Shown here one piece after another: positions 1-12,330 of a DNA stretch of 64,000 bases (positions are counted from its first letter, which is position 1; every line of letters starts with the position of its first letter). The position numbers and the translations under genes are program-made. Source of the DNA: Paramecium tetraurelia (taxonomy: Eukaryota); the NCBI GenBank assembly GCA_000165425.1, contig CT868474.1, forward strand, positions 310,001-374,000, read 5' to 3'. Under the pieces are notes generated by a model, which saw only the letters and a list, made by a program, of their open reading frames with translations, searched no databases and was not told the DNA's origin.

Positions 1-1581
1 TACAATATAACATTCTGATTTATAACTCTATACAATAAAAAGAAACGATTAATCTACAAAAATGCAGAAAAAATTTAAGAATAAATAAGCTTTTACTTTT
101 CGTAGACTATATGATTTTAATCAAATACTTAAAATAGATTGCTAGACAAGATTATTAAATTAGATGCCACCATATCTTTTAATAAAACTATTTCTAAGGA
201 TAAATACACAATTATTAAAATTAATAAATATGAGATTTTTGAATATCATTAAAGATAATTTTTTTTTTTAAGAAGTAATACATATACATAGATATAACAT
301 AGACATTAAATATTCTTTAAGAATCTCGTTAACTATATTTTTTATCATAGCGTTTGAATTTTTAATTCTTAATATCATTAATAAAAACAAGTTATATCTG
401 AATCTTAAATAGACCATTATCAAATCTCTGCATTTATTATCAAAATCAGAGATAACTAAATCTATTTAGTAGATAGCATGGTTGAAGTTGCAATTGAGAT
501 TCCTCATTGACCTGGAAACCATGAAGTTTTTGAACTCTAAAACTACTCAAATATCATATTGTGAATAAATAACTAAGTATGATGATTAAGAATCAAACGT
601 TTAAATTCATACTAAAGCTAATTCATATATTGAATCCGCTTAGTGGATTAGAATTAAAGTAATAATTAATAATCATCATAGATCTCATTTTACTATATTA
701 TTTAAGATTTATCGTCATTATTTCCTCCTTTGTTTTCTATTATTTACTATTCGTTCAAGCATTTTATATGGAGCCTTGAGTATATTCAGTGAAAATTCCT
801 TTTGTCAAGATCAAGAACATCTCTATGCAATGGTGAGCAATAAAAAACTCTACATATATGATTAAAATTAAATAAATCTTATACATAGATAATTCTAATA
901 CAGCTATTGAAGTGATCAAGAAAAAAGTCGAAGAATTTATTAATTAAAATACAGGATGAATCAGAACAGATTTATGAGACTAATATTGATCAAGTATTCT
1001 AAATGTTTTATGGAAATTATTGTGAACTTTTTTTAGGTTTAATTTGATATAAATTATAGAAATAATGCCAAATAAAGGAGTTGATAATTATGATTCATGA
1101 CAGTATAAATTATGTGGTGCATTCACTAGAGGACTAAATCAATATCATTTATTACTGAGTTAAATTGCAATATCTCTCATAAATCCTAATGATACTAGAT
1201 ATGATTAACCAACCCTAAATACTCTTTTGAATTCAGTGAATTAATTCATAAAATCTATCTTAGGTGCAATAAAAATGCATATCATATTAAACAACTCACC
1301 CTAAATCTTTGGTTTGAATAGTACTTTCTCTATTCAGATAATGAAATGTTTCTAGAAATTCTATCAATGTATTTTATATTTTAACAATGGATGCTTAATG
1401 TTATTTTTTCTTTTACTTTTACTTTTTTATGCTTTTTTATTGAACTCATCTTAGTCAAGAAATTAAAAATAATTATAAATAAACATTAAAATATATTCAT
1501 AGATATTACTCAAATGAAGTGTTAAATAATCAGTAGAATATTAGAGTCAGATTTATAAGAGAAGGTTTTATTCAAAAATGA
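1..1581 (+). pseudogene. 3' part of a probable TmcB/TmcC-like membrane protein gene, apparently decayed and truncated at the window edge
   Basis: Code-6 fragments include LCGAFTRGLNQYHLLL, a hydrophobic segment and a C-terminus ...IRVRFIREGFIQK-TGA (1579-1581) resembling the end of the gene at 32463-37133. I could not follow one open frame because of internal TGAs. Confidence 0.35.
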
Positions 1582-1630
1582 AATAATTTGTATAAATCGA
1601 TCTAATAAAATGCAATAGTTAATGAATTCA

Positions 1631-3035
1631 TCATCTTTTTACAACATGACTCGTTTTATTTTTACCCTAGTTCACATGAACGATAATTTTGTCCTCATCC
1701 TTTTTGACATTCTATAAGGAGCTAACTTTATCTTAGAGTTCCCTATTCCTACTACGCAATAAATCTTCCAGTTGTCTCACCTTGGCCAACAAGATCTCAT
1801 AATTATGTTGTCTACTTAGAAGTAAATTGATACAGATCATCTCTTTCATTTAGTGAATCATCCAGTTAAGCTTTAAGATTAGCAATTACTTATTGTAATT
1901 CTACAATCTTTCTCTTTAACACTCTGATTTCCTCCGTTAATTCCTCATCATCAGATTCACTTTCGACTTTCTTTTAAATATTTTATTAAACCACAATTGG
2001 CTATCTAGCAGGTACTCTTTCTCTGATGATTCTTTCGACTGGGACAATCTTTTCAATTTCTATAATTCTTTCAATAGGTTTTTCAACGATCACTTATTAA
2101 GGAACATGCTAAATAACTGTCTGTACCTTTTCCTTCTTCTTTGCCAATTTGGCATCCTTGACTCTAATTTCTCTTTCTAATTGTTCAATTCTTAATTCCA
2201 ATATTCTATCTCGAGATGGAGAATGTTCTAAAGTTTATGGTTTGATTGACTCCATGTGTTCCAATCTTCTGCATTTGGTTTTCCATTCCTCACATTCATG
2301 TGTTTTCTCTTATAATTATTATTTGATTTTCTATAGTGTTAATTAAAGATATCATACTTCTAATTCAAATAAAATTTGTTGATATTTTTCATCAAATAAA
2401 GCCAATTAAGATTTTAATTTATATATTTATTCTTCTAATGATTTCTTTTCAAATTAGAATTCTTAAAGTAATACTTGTTTTTATTAATTCTAAATAAAAT
2501 GAAACAATATAGTACTAATTCTTTATTCAATCTCTCTCTCCAAAATTATTCTTATTCATTTAGCTTCTGAATATGAAAATTATTTTAATTTTCCATTTCT
2601 TATTTAAAATACTTGATTTTATCCTTTTTTTTAAATATAACTTCTTTCAATTTTGAGTTCTCTACTTAGACTGATTCTAATGTGCTTTCGGCTGCTTGCA
2701 ATTTCTGAGTTAATACATTAATTTGAGAATCCTTTTAGTGAATTTAAGGTTCATATTATTAAACCAATTCATTTAAAGATTTTTACTATAAAATTAAATT
2801 AAGATTTTACTAGAATCCTTTCACTTTCAGATAGAAGATTGATTTTCAATTCTTCAATATCTATGTGATATCTGTCTTCCAATTCCATTAATTGCATTCT
2901 TAACTATTCTCTTTCATTTATGATAGCTCCATTAATATCGGGTTGAGTCGTTTAGACCAAGCATTATTATTAGGTCACACACTAAGTTAAAGGGATGTGA
3001 CAAGATTAATATGGTTAACAAGTCGGATAATACAT
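1631..3035 (-). CDS. Coiled-coil protein with alveolin/epiplasmin-like V/P/E/K-rich segment (cortical cytoskeleton-like)
   Basis: ATG at 3035 (MYYPTCQPYQSCHIP...) is followed by a long heptad-rich region and the segment VQTVIQHVPQQVIVEKPIERIIEIEKIVPVERIIRERVP. Short GT..AG introns are present. It ends ...SHVVKR-TGA at 1631. Confidence 0.7.
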
Positions 3036-3169
3036 TCGTTAAAATTAATTTGAATTATAATTATAATTACGAACTAAAATTATTACTATGAAGTTCAAAC
3101 AAAAAAGTACTATATTATTTGATATAATAGCTATCTTGATTTTGCAAGAATTACCAATATTAATATTTC

Positions 3170-3840
3170 ATGGGAGGAAGAAAAAGAACTTTTAAAGTCC
3201 TCAAAAAACCTAAAACAATGAAACCAAGAGCATATTTTGATTGTGCAGTTTGTGGATGGAAAGACTGCATTATTATTAAAATGTATTCATAGTTTTATCA
3301 TCATACTCTAGCAAGAAATGCTATAAAACTTCTAAGTTGGAATGTGAAAGATGTGAAACCAAATTCGATATGAAAGTTCGATCACTAGATGAACCTATTG
3401 ATATTTACCATGAGTGGCTTCATAAATTAAAAACTAAAGCTATTACACCCTATCCAAATAGAATGTAAGATGAATATGATGATACTGGAGATGAAGCCAA
3501 TGAAAATGATGTTGAATGTATTTCCTCTTATTATTTTATATTAGAATTACTGAAAAATCAAAAAGGAAAAAAAAATAAAAGAAAAAGAATTAAGAGGAAT
3601 GCGTCAGAGGAAGATATGTCCTCTAAGAATGATAAAGTATCTGATTCAGAAGAAGCTCTAGATCGGGATTAGGACATCTCTGAAGACTCATTATTAAACA
3701 AATAAAAAGTTGAAGACAATATTGATGATAACTAAGAAGATGAAAAAGAAAATGACTAAGAAGATGAGAAAGAAGATTCAGAGGATGAGTCATATAATAT
3801 TAAGGAATAATACAAAAGAAAAAGAGGTAAAAAAAAATGA
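3170..3840 (+). CDS. ELF1: Transcription elongation factor Elf1 family Zn-ribbon protein with long acidic C-terminal tail
   Basis: MGGRKRTFKVLKKPK...FDCAVC...LECERCETKF...LDEPIDIYHEW matches the Elf1 pattern (basic N-terminus, two CxxC, L.EP.D.Y..W). It has two short introns and a D/E-rich tail, with TGA at 3838-3840. Confidence 0.85.
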
Positions 3841-3867
3841 TATTCAATTCATCTTAATATATAAAAT

Positions 3868-6500
3868 TCACTATTATTTTTATTATAGCTAACTCTATTA
3901 CAATGCTGATTTTAGAGTTACTTATGATTCCGATAAGTTTATAGAGTCTTGTTCATTTAATTAAGAACTTAATAATTTTTTATCTAATCCCTTTGTTTCC
4001 TTAAATTGTGATTCTACTAGACTTTCAGTCAATAAAGAATCCTTCAAAAAATTGGATTCTTATTTTATTAACAATGAATTTGTTGATTGAGTTTAAGATA
4101 TTCCCTTCTAATATTACAATTAAATTGGCGTTGAGTTTTTAATCATACTGATTTACTTTCCTTATTCAGTCATTTTTTGTACTTTCTCCTTTTCATTCCT
4201 GTTAGGATCCTTTATTTAATATTATTATTACATTTATATTCAATAGACCCTAAATGACAGGCTGCTCAATGAATTCCATATTTTAGCCACCCTTTTTTAT
4301 TACAATTACCTCATCATTTCCTTAATTATCTTTATTATTAATCTTACTTTCATTTTGTTAATCAAGTTATTTTATGGTTTGATCTTCATTTGATATATCA
4401 ATTTTATTGCTTGGAGAATCCTCAATTTTATTAATAGGAAGATCCTATTTATTTTGAACTTCCTAAATAATTTATTGATTCTCATTGATTCTATCATCCT
4501 TAATCATCTGTAGATCATTTTTAAAATATCTATTAATCGATAATTCCTCATTTGGTCTATCATTTGGTCTATCATTTTGTTTATTAATAAGATTCTCCTT
4601 AGGTTTATCTATTTAATTGCTGTGAGAATTATAGTCTAGCATATCAATTTTATTAATAAGTAGATCCTAACTTATTTAAATATTATTGCTGATTTATGAA
4701 TCCTCATTTAATTTATCAATCACTATCTGATTATCAATTTTACTGTTATATAATTCTGTAAAATTTTTTAAACTTTATTAATTTTATTCTATTTTAACCT
4801 CATTTATTAATTCATCATATTGATCTTCCTTTTAGGGTTACATTTATTTGCTTAAATCAACTTTCTCTAAAATATCATATGTTGCATTCAGTTTTTTAGG
4901 TAGTGTTATTTTATTCAGATTCAGTGGCATTTCTTCTTAAACCCTTTTTCCTGATGATGAAGCTCTTACAATAAGCGTTTACTAATTTTCGTATTTTGGA
5001 ATTTTTGGATTTTTAAAACTAGTGGCTCTAGTGAAATTTTAGGGTTTCATTATGATTCTTTCATCTGCTTTCTAATTTTTGGCTTTAGGGGTTTTTCTGT
5101 TTGATTTCCTTTCTTCTGAATATCTACTTGTTTCATCTTTATCTTATATTTTTCTTTCTTCTGAATAATAATTTGATTTTCTCTCCTCTTCTGATTTTAA
5201 TCTTGAACTATAAGACCTCTAAGATTTATTTTATCTGGTTTAATTTATTATACTATTTTCCTTTTTGACTTTATCCTTATTTTAACTCAATTAATTAGAT
5301 TTTACACTTTTCACTTCAATTTATGCCTTTTATGCTTGTTTTAGTTTAGAAGTATCACTTTTGGGTGTCTAGACAGTTGATTTTTATTTTGATATCGCTT
5401 AATGTTACACCTAATTGGATTTCTCCGCAATGGTTTATTTATTGATCTCTTATTTATTTTATATAAAATGATAAGATTAATTTGTGAGATCTTATTCATT
5501 TTATTTTCCTTAAAATGAGGATGGAGTGGCTGGTTTAAACATTTTTGTACCTTCTTATTGATGTGAAAAGATTGTTTTATTTATTGGAGTTAGATCAATT
5601 TTGGGATTTTCTGTTATTTTTGATGTATTTTACTATTATTCATAATTTCTAAATTTTAAGTCTTATTATTCCTATATCTCTTTATATCTCAATTCTTTTT
5701 AAATCATCTACTATTTCATTTATTTATTTTTTTTTTCTCTTTATTCTTTGATTTCCATGTCTTTTAACTCTTTTACTTATTTTTCATTTCTCTTTGATGC
5801 AGATTCTATGATATGTTACTGTTTCTACTCATCCCTCTATTTTTGAAACGATAATTTTGATTTTTATAATTCTTCCTCATCTTTTTTCTCTAAAGTTACC
5901 AACACATTTTTCCATTTATCAACATTTGCAAACACACCTTTATCAAAGCCAGAAGCATTTTATGATTATTTAGCAGTATTTACAATTTTTCTTGACCTAA
6001 ACAATGTGTCAGCTTTTACCATTAATTTATTAAGTTTCTCAGTTTATTCTTTGCTCTTTGTTGCACTCATTAATCTCGATATATTTCTTTTAATAACCTT
6101 TCGGCCATATTCATCATTTTTCTCTTTATGATCTTCCTTCTCCTTGATTTTATGATTCCTAGGACATTTAAAAGGACATTGTATTTTAACTTTATTTTAT
6201 AATTGCTCATATCGAGTAATGCACTCCTTTCTTTCATATGGATCATCCTAATAGGGAAACTTTCTTCTTAAAAGTTCTGTATATCCTGCTTTCACATTAG
6301 GTTTTTCAGGAGGAGGATTCAGTTTTTAAAATACTTTATTACCACTCTCATCCACAATAAATCTACATTTTTCCTCAAAATCACTAATATGTTAGTAAGC
6401 AGAAGATATCACTCTATTTTTGATATGAACAATACTGTTTTGGTGCTGTAATTATAAAGGGAGCTTTCTTTTCGTTTTTTTTCTCCTAATTTTAATCCAT
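3868..6500 (-). CDS. Hypothetical Q/K/E-rich low-complexity protein
   Basis: ATG at 6500 (MDQNQEKKTKRKLP...) opens a long code-6 frame with the N-terminal motif FPYQDDPYERKE and internal imperfect repeats. It ends ...QQKQQ-TGA at 3868, 27 nt from the Elf1 stop. Confidence 0.65.
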
Positions 6501-7029
6501 TTGTGTTAATAATAAATTATTCATGCAGTTTAGAATTAAATGAGAAAAACTCATTCTCCTTAAGGTAACTAGTACTTTATAATAGGAAGAGTCAAGGTTT
6601 CCAAAATTTAAACTTCAAGATTAACTGGAAACTTATGGATTGCTATCCAAAATTACTCCTAATTAACATTTCAGAATTGAAAATATCTAAAATAATTCCA
6701 ATAAATATATATTACCTCACTTATAAAAAAGAATAGCAAATAGTTAATCGAATGAGAAAAATGTTGATTCTCGCATTTCAATTGGGAATACATTAAAATA
6801 GATTGAAAGAAAAATTAAAGCTAAGGATATCATATTAGCTTGAAATTCCATCTAGTAAATATATTAAAACTAGAAGTAAGTCAAAAAAAATATGTGAAGT
6901 TTGATGGAATCTACTTTGAAGGAGAAAAATATTGTTTAGAATTAGAGTTTTAAGATAAAATTGCAAATATTAGATAATATTACAATTACATCAACATATC
7001 AATATTCATAAAATCAACTGTTAATTTTT

Positions 7030-8100
7030 ATAAGGCTTGCGTATCAAAAAGGAATAATGGATAATTAGTAAAAACACTACTTAAATTAAAATGGTGGTGG
7101 TTGGTTGAGGAGAATTACAAAGACAATTTTAACTTTTTATGGGAATCTTCACGAAATGACAATTTTATAATTACAATGCCATACTAGGAATAAGACAATA
7201 ATTATAATTGTAATGTTTCAGAATAATAAGGTGACTAAGATATTCTATTGAATGACATCCTTATGGAAAATTGCTTCCTAAAAATTCACAAATTAAATGA
7301 GTTTATTTGAAAAAAAATTGGAAAATTGAATAAATTGTTAAATTATGAATAATGTGTGTGCAGTTTTGCAACAATTTTCGATATGTGAAATTAAAACATC
7401 AACCAAAATGCATTATAATATCTAAAATAATACGGGTCCAAAAAAGAATTTATTCCTCTATTTGAAAATTATTGTGAATTATATTCGAAAAGTGTCTTTG
7501 CGCTTTTTCCTTAACTTATCATATTAAGAATAAGTTCGGTTTAGAAAATTATCTAATTGAAAATTTCAAATGCAAAAGAAATTTGGATTGTCAAACCTGA
7601 AGAAATAACCAATCAAGGATATATCAACAATCCCTTGTTATATAATTAAAGAAAATTTGATATTCGATGCTTTATACTTTTTACAAGGATTAATGGCCAA
7701 TAGAAAGGATATTGGTATTAGGATGGCGAAATCAGAACTTCTCCTCAAAATATTCAATCTAAACAATTTATCAAACAAAATGATACACTTAACAAATAGC
7801 TTAATGCTGTTTCTGAGCTTTTAGATCCATTAAAAAGAGAAAATACATTTGAACTATTTGGATTAGATTTCATGAAAGATGAATCCTCTCACACTTGGTT
7901 AATTGAAACTAATACAAATCCTTGTTTAGAATAAACAGGCCCATTAGATTGAAAATCTCCTAAAAATTGTAATTGTTACTTTAAACCCTACTCTTTTTTT
8001 TTCTCATAAAAAGTTTGTATCTGAATGCTTGAATAAGAAATACGAACTTATTTATGATACTTCCAAAATGTTGAAATTAAAAAAGAATTGTGAAAGACTT
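7030..8100 (+). pseudogene. Tubulin-tyrosine ligase-like (TTLL) pseudogene
   Basis: TTLL motifs occur in order: GNNGQLVK..L...WWW, WIVKP, NPLLYNQRKFDIRC, GYWYQDG.IRTS, FELFGLDFM.D, WLIETNTNPCLE, KYELIYD. They are interrupted by frameshifts, and the segment normally between WIVKP...N.G and YI.NPLL is missing. Confidence 0.75.
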
Positions 8101-8451
8101 GTAACTTACTAGTTTATTTTAATGTAATTAAATAATTTTTTATCAACCTATAACTTAATTATGTTGAACAAATAATGCTATTTTAATTGTCTAAACGGTT
8201 TTTTTTAATATAATCGAAAAAATATTACTTTTAAACCAAGAAATTTAGTGCAATTTAATTATGATATTTCACAAAATTAAAATAAAGTGTAAATTTACTA
8301 GTATTTTAGTGATCACATGTCGATATAAATGTAAATTTTTAAATCTAATTTTGAAATTCAAGACATTAAAATGATAAATATTGGTAATTCTTAAAGGATA
8401 TATAAATTTTTCATATTTTTTTGATTGTTTAGGAATTAATTGAATTTATAA

Positions 8452-11073
8452 TCATTGATATGGAGTAGTGCTCTAAACCAAATTTATTGACTATGGGAAT
8501 TTGAGTTATAATTATTTTTAAACTGAATCTATATTAGGTCTTTTGTGAGGTATTGGATCAATCATTTATGAAAGTAAATTTTTTAATTCTTCTCTGATTT
8601 GTAATTATTGAATTTCAAATCGTACTTATTGTTAGTTTTGGCAATAATTAAAAATTGATTATTATATTTCCCTTATAGATGAACCTTGATATAGAATAGA
8701 AATGAATACCATTAAATAAAGGAGATTATTTGAATATCTCAAAGAATAGACATCCTAAAGACCAAATGTCAACAGAAGCTGTATAATCATCTGATCCATT
8801 GATTATCTCTGGTGCTTAATACTGTGGGGATCCTACCATTTTTGTCTTTCTTAAATTTTATTCCCCATGTTTTACTAAACCAAAATCAATTAATTTGTAT
8901 ATGGAACCGACTTATATAAAGTTTTCAGGTTTAATATCTCTATGAATAAGTCCTAATTTATGAAGAAATGCAATTGATTAAGCAATCTAATATTTAATAT
9001 ATATGAATTACTTATTAACAAATTTATTCTTTTTATTATTATGGTATTCTGTTTGTTTTTAAAACAGAATTCATATCTTTAATTCCAAGTTCCATAATCA
9101 ATACTTATTACTTTTAATATTCAAACCTTTCATAGACTCTAATCAAATTGCTTTTTTGAAATGCAGTTTATTCCTTATTTTTCTAGTAATCAATCAAATA
9201 ATCAATAAATTAGAGTTCTTGATCTTTCATTTTTTATTAAATTTTCAATGCAACTTCTGTTGAGTAAAATGTTTCATTTACTGCTTTTGCTTAATAAACA
9301 GCTCCTTCTCCTCCATCTCCTATAAGTTTACTTAAAACAAAATAACGTTTTGGAAACTACCCTGTTGGAGCATCAAAAATTGAATTTACTTGCTATTGAT
9401 AGTTATTAAGGTAATCTTAAATAAATTTAATAACTTAATTTAAATCAATGCTTGAATTTGATTCATCAATAGATTAAAGCATTGGTAGAATTAATTATTC
9501 AAATTGAATCTGTTTGATTTTATTTAAGATTTGTTCTTTCTAATTTAAATAATTACTTATGTCCGACTAAATTTGTCTTTTCTAATTAGCCTATAAGGAT
9601 CTACTTCCAAATAACACACTTCCTTAAAGAATTTAATAAAATAGGCAGCCTAAACGGAATTTATCTTTTTATTTTGCATCCAACTCAAGAAAATCTGTTT
9701 ATGGCTGTTGTTCAGGTTAGTATTTTGAAATTGAATGAAATTTGGCAAGTTTCCAATTATTATTAACTTTAAAATATTAATCCAAATGAATATCTGTGTG
9801 ACAATAATTATTTTAATGAAGATACTATATGGACTTAGAAATCTATCAAAAATAACCTATAATTAAATACATCTAATATTATTAAAAGTTTTTCTTATAA
9901 GCTTAAATTGTTCTTCTGATAAAGATATTCTTACAATTCAATTGATAGTGATTCCATAACTAAATATCCTTTATTATCAATAATATGATTAACTTAAATA
10001 TTAGTATGTAATGGAATGTCTATTTTGTTATCATGTTAGTGGCTTCTCAACCAATTTATAAATTCTTAGTTTATTGTACCAATCCCATAAACTACTAATG
10101 TATATTCTTTTTAATTCTCATATATTGTATAAAATTTATCTTCTCTATTTAAGTAGTTGAAGATATTTTTTCCGAAAGGAAGTTAATTATAGATATTTTA
10201 AATCTCATCAACAACATCTTTTATATTTGGTCTATTTTCTGGTTTATTAAGCATTTTTATGATTAGAATTTTCCAATGATTATCAATTTTATCTAAATTT
10301 ACTTCTTCTAAATACTTTTCTCTGTTTTCTTTAAAACGTTTTTGTTATTTTTCTATCTCTTTATGGTTTTTCCCTAAAAAATACATCAAAGAATATCAAA
10401 CCTTTAAAAAATGGCTCATTCTAGAATATTTCATAAAATGTGCAACCAAGAGACCAAATATCAATTTCTTGAGAGTATTTTTCCGTTTTGGTTTCAGGTG
10501 CTTGATATTATGGAGTGCCAACAATTGAATCGAGTCTTTACTAGATCGTCTTAGATTGTTTAGTCAATCCAAAGTCAGTTAACTTGAATTAATTTTAAAA
10601 CTTAATAAAATTTTCTGGTTTGATATCTCTATGAAGATAATGATTATTGTGAAGAAATTGTATTGATTTTGAAATCTAATTATTAAAATCAGTCATACTT
10701 GAAAACATATATCTACTTTCTCGTCATAATTTAATGTCTTCGAATCCAGAAATTATTTTAAGGAACATTATCCTAATTCCATAACCAAATATGTTTAATT
10801 ATTATACATTATACGTTCAAAAATTTTAACAAGAAACGATTATTTACCATCATCTTTTTTTTAGTATTCAAGAATCCAATCAATTAATTGTTCTTCTCTT
10901 TCTTTAAATTCTTTATATAATTTAATGGCAACATTAGTTTGATAAAATGATTAATTTTCAACTTTTGCTTCAAATACTTCCCCCTCAATCCCTTGTCCTA
11001 TTTATTTTAAAAGTATAAAACGCCTTTGTTGAAATTCTTTTGCAGGGGATTCAATAACTTGATTAACAAACAT
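8452..11073 (-). CDS. Triple-domain protein kinase (kinase - pseudokinase - kinase)
   Basis: ATG at 11073. Domain 1 has IGQGIEGEV, VAIK, HRDIKPEN, DFG, APE and DIWSLGC. The middle domain is degenerate (HTDIHLDQ, KLAKF, FRLGCLFY). Domain 3 has IGDGGEGAV, VALK, HRDIKPEN, DFG, APE and DIWSLGC. Short introns are present, and it ends ...VQSTTPYQ-TGA at 8452. Confidence 0.8.
8471..9406. repeat. Left arm of 936-bp inverted repeat (partner 19631-20566)
   Basis: The reverse complement matches 19631-20566 at every stretch compared by eye, including two introns. Mirrored coordinates sum to 29037 at both ends and at an internal GGATCC (8828-8833 vs 20204-20209), consistent with no indels. Confidence 0.95.
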
Positions 11074-12330
11074 ATTTTTCGATATATATATTTAATTATT
11101 ATAGAATTATGAAAATTATGAATGTTATTTTCACTATATTGAAAAAATCATTTTGATTTTTTTAATTTATATTATAAATTTTATCTGTTAATGATTTAAA
11201 ATTGAGTTTATTATGAATTTGAATTGAGTTTAAATAAATCCATTATTTAAATATAAGAAAACAAATTTGTAATAAATCTATTATAATTCTAAAGGTAATT
11301 GTGTAGTAATTATTTATGAATTTTGGTATTTAAATTTTTATAACTATTATTTAGTATTAAGAGGTTAGATTTGAATTATTAAAGCAAAGTAAATCTGGAA
11401 ACTTATGTTGATAATCAATTTCCTATAATCTACAAAAGCAAGATTTTTGCTTTGTGTAGTTCTTTTCAATGAAAATTGATTATTAACTTGCTTATTGATA
11501 AATGAGTAGTATAATCAAATAGATTCTTTTCAAGTGATTTTAGATTGGTTTTAATCTCTCTCCTAGAAGTTATGGGTATGAATATTATTCAAGAGGTTCA
11601 ACCTGAAAAATATCAACATTGTTAGCATTAAACATGAATGATTCTAATAACGGATTAGTACTTACCTATTAAATGAACTAATTTAATAATTCAAGATTGA
11701 TCATATATTTTGGTAAATCCGATTCATTTCCTCAATACAATTTATAAATTATGAAATAATATTATGAGAAAAGAGGAGCAGAGTTGAAATACTAGAGTCA
11801 GATATAACCCTCGATAATGATAGGCTTCCATTACACTTTTACTTCCTATTACTTATGGGTTTTAGAAAATCAAATTACAAATAAATTGGATAATCTAAAT
11901 TTATTTTGATAAATTAATTAGATAGATTTTTAGCTTGATTTTCTAACCTCTTAATTTATCTTTAATAAATTTGAAAAGCATGATAATTTGATTATGGCAA
12001 TAATATAATTTTTTTGTCAATTATTATTATTGAGAATTAGTATCGCTAGAAAAAAATTAAACAATAAAGTCTAAATCAATAGAGAAACACTTTTTTCCAT
12101 TCATTTATTAAAAACTAAATGAAAAAATTCTGTTTATTATTAAAGAACAGCGTATGATTTATGATTGTATTTATATATTTAGATCTTCCTCTCAGTACTT
12201 AATTAGTTTTTATGAATTTTGTTAAACTGATTAGCTTCATATTATAAATAATTATGTAAAGAATGTGATATTTCAAATAATAAAATATCAATAGAGATAG
12301 ATTATATATTTATTTTTGATAATTAAAGAG

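Noticed and set aside
4549..4579. 12-bp tandem repeat CATTTGGTCTAT and nearby imperfect repeats
   Set aside because: This is ordinary peptide repetition (DRPN) inside a low-complexity CDS, not a CRISPR or regulatory array.
11380..11900. Coding-like fragments upstream of the surface antigen, faintly like a secreted esterase/PHB depolymerase
   Set aside because: The fragments are short and frame-broken, and no catalytic motif was found, so they cannot be assigned without a search.
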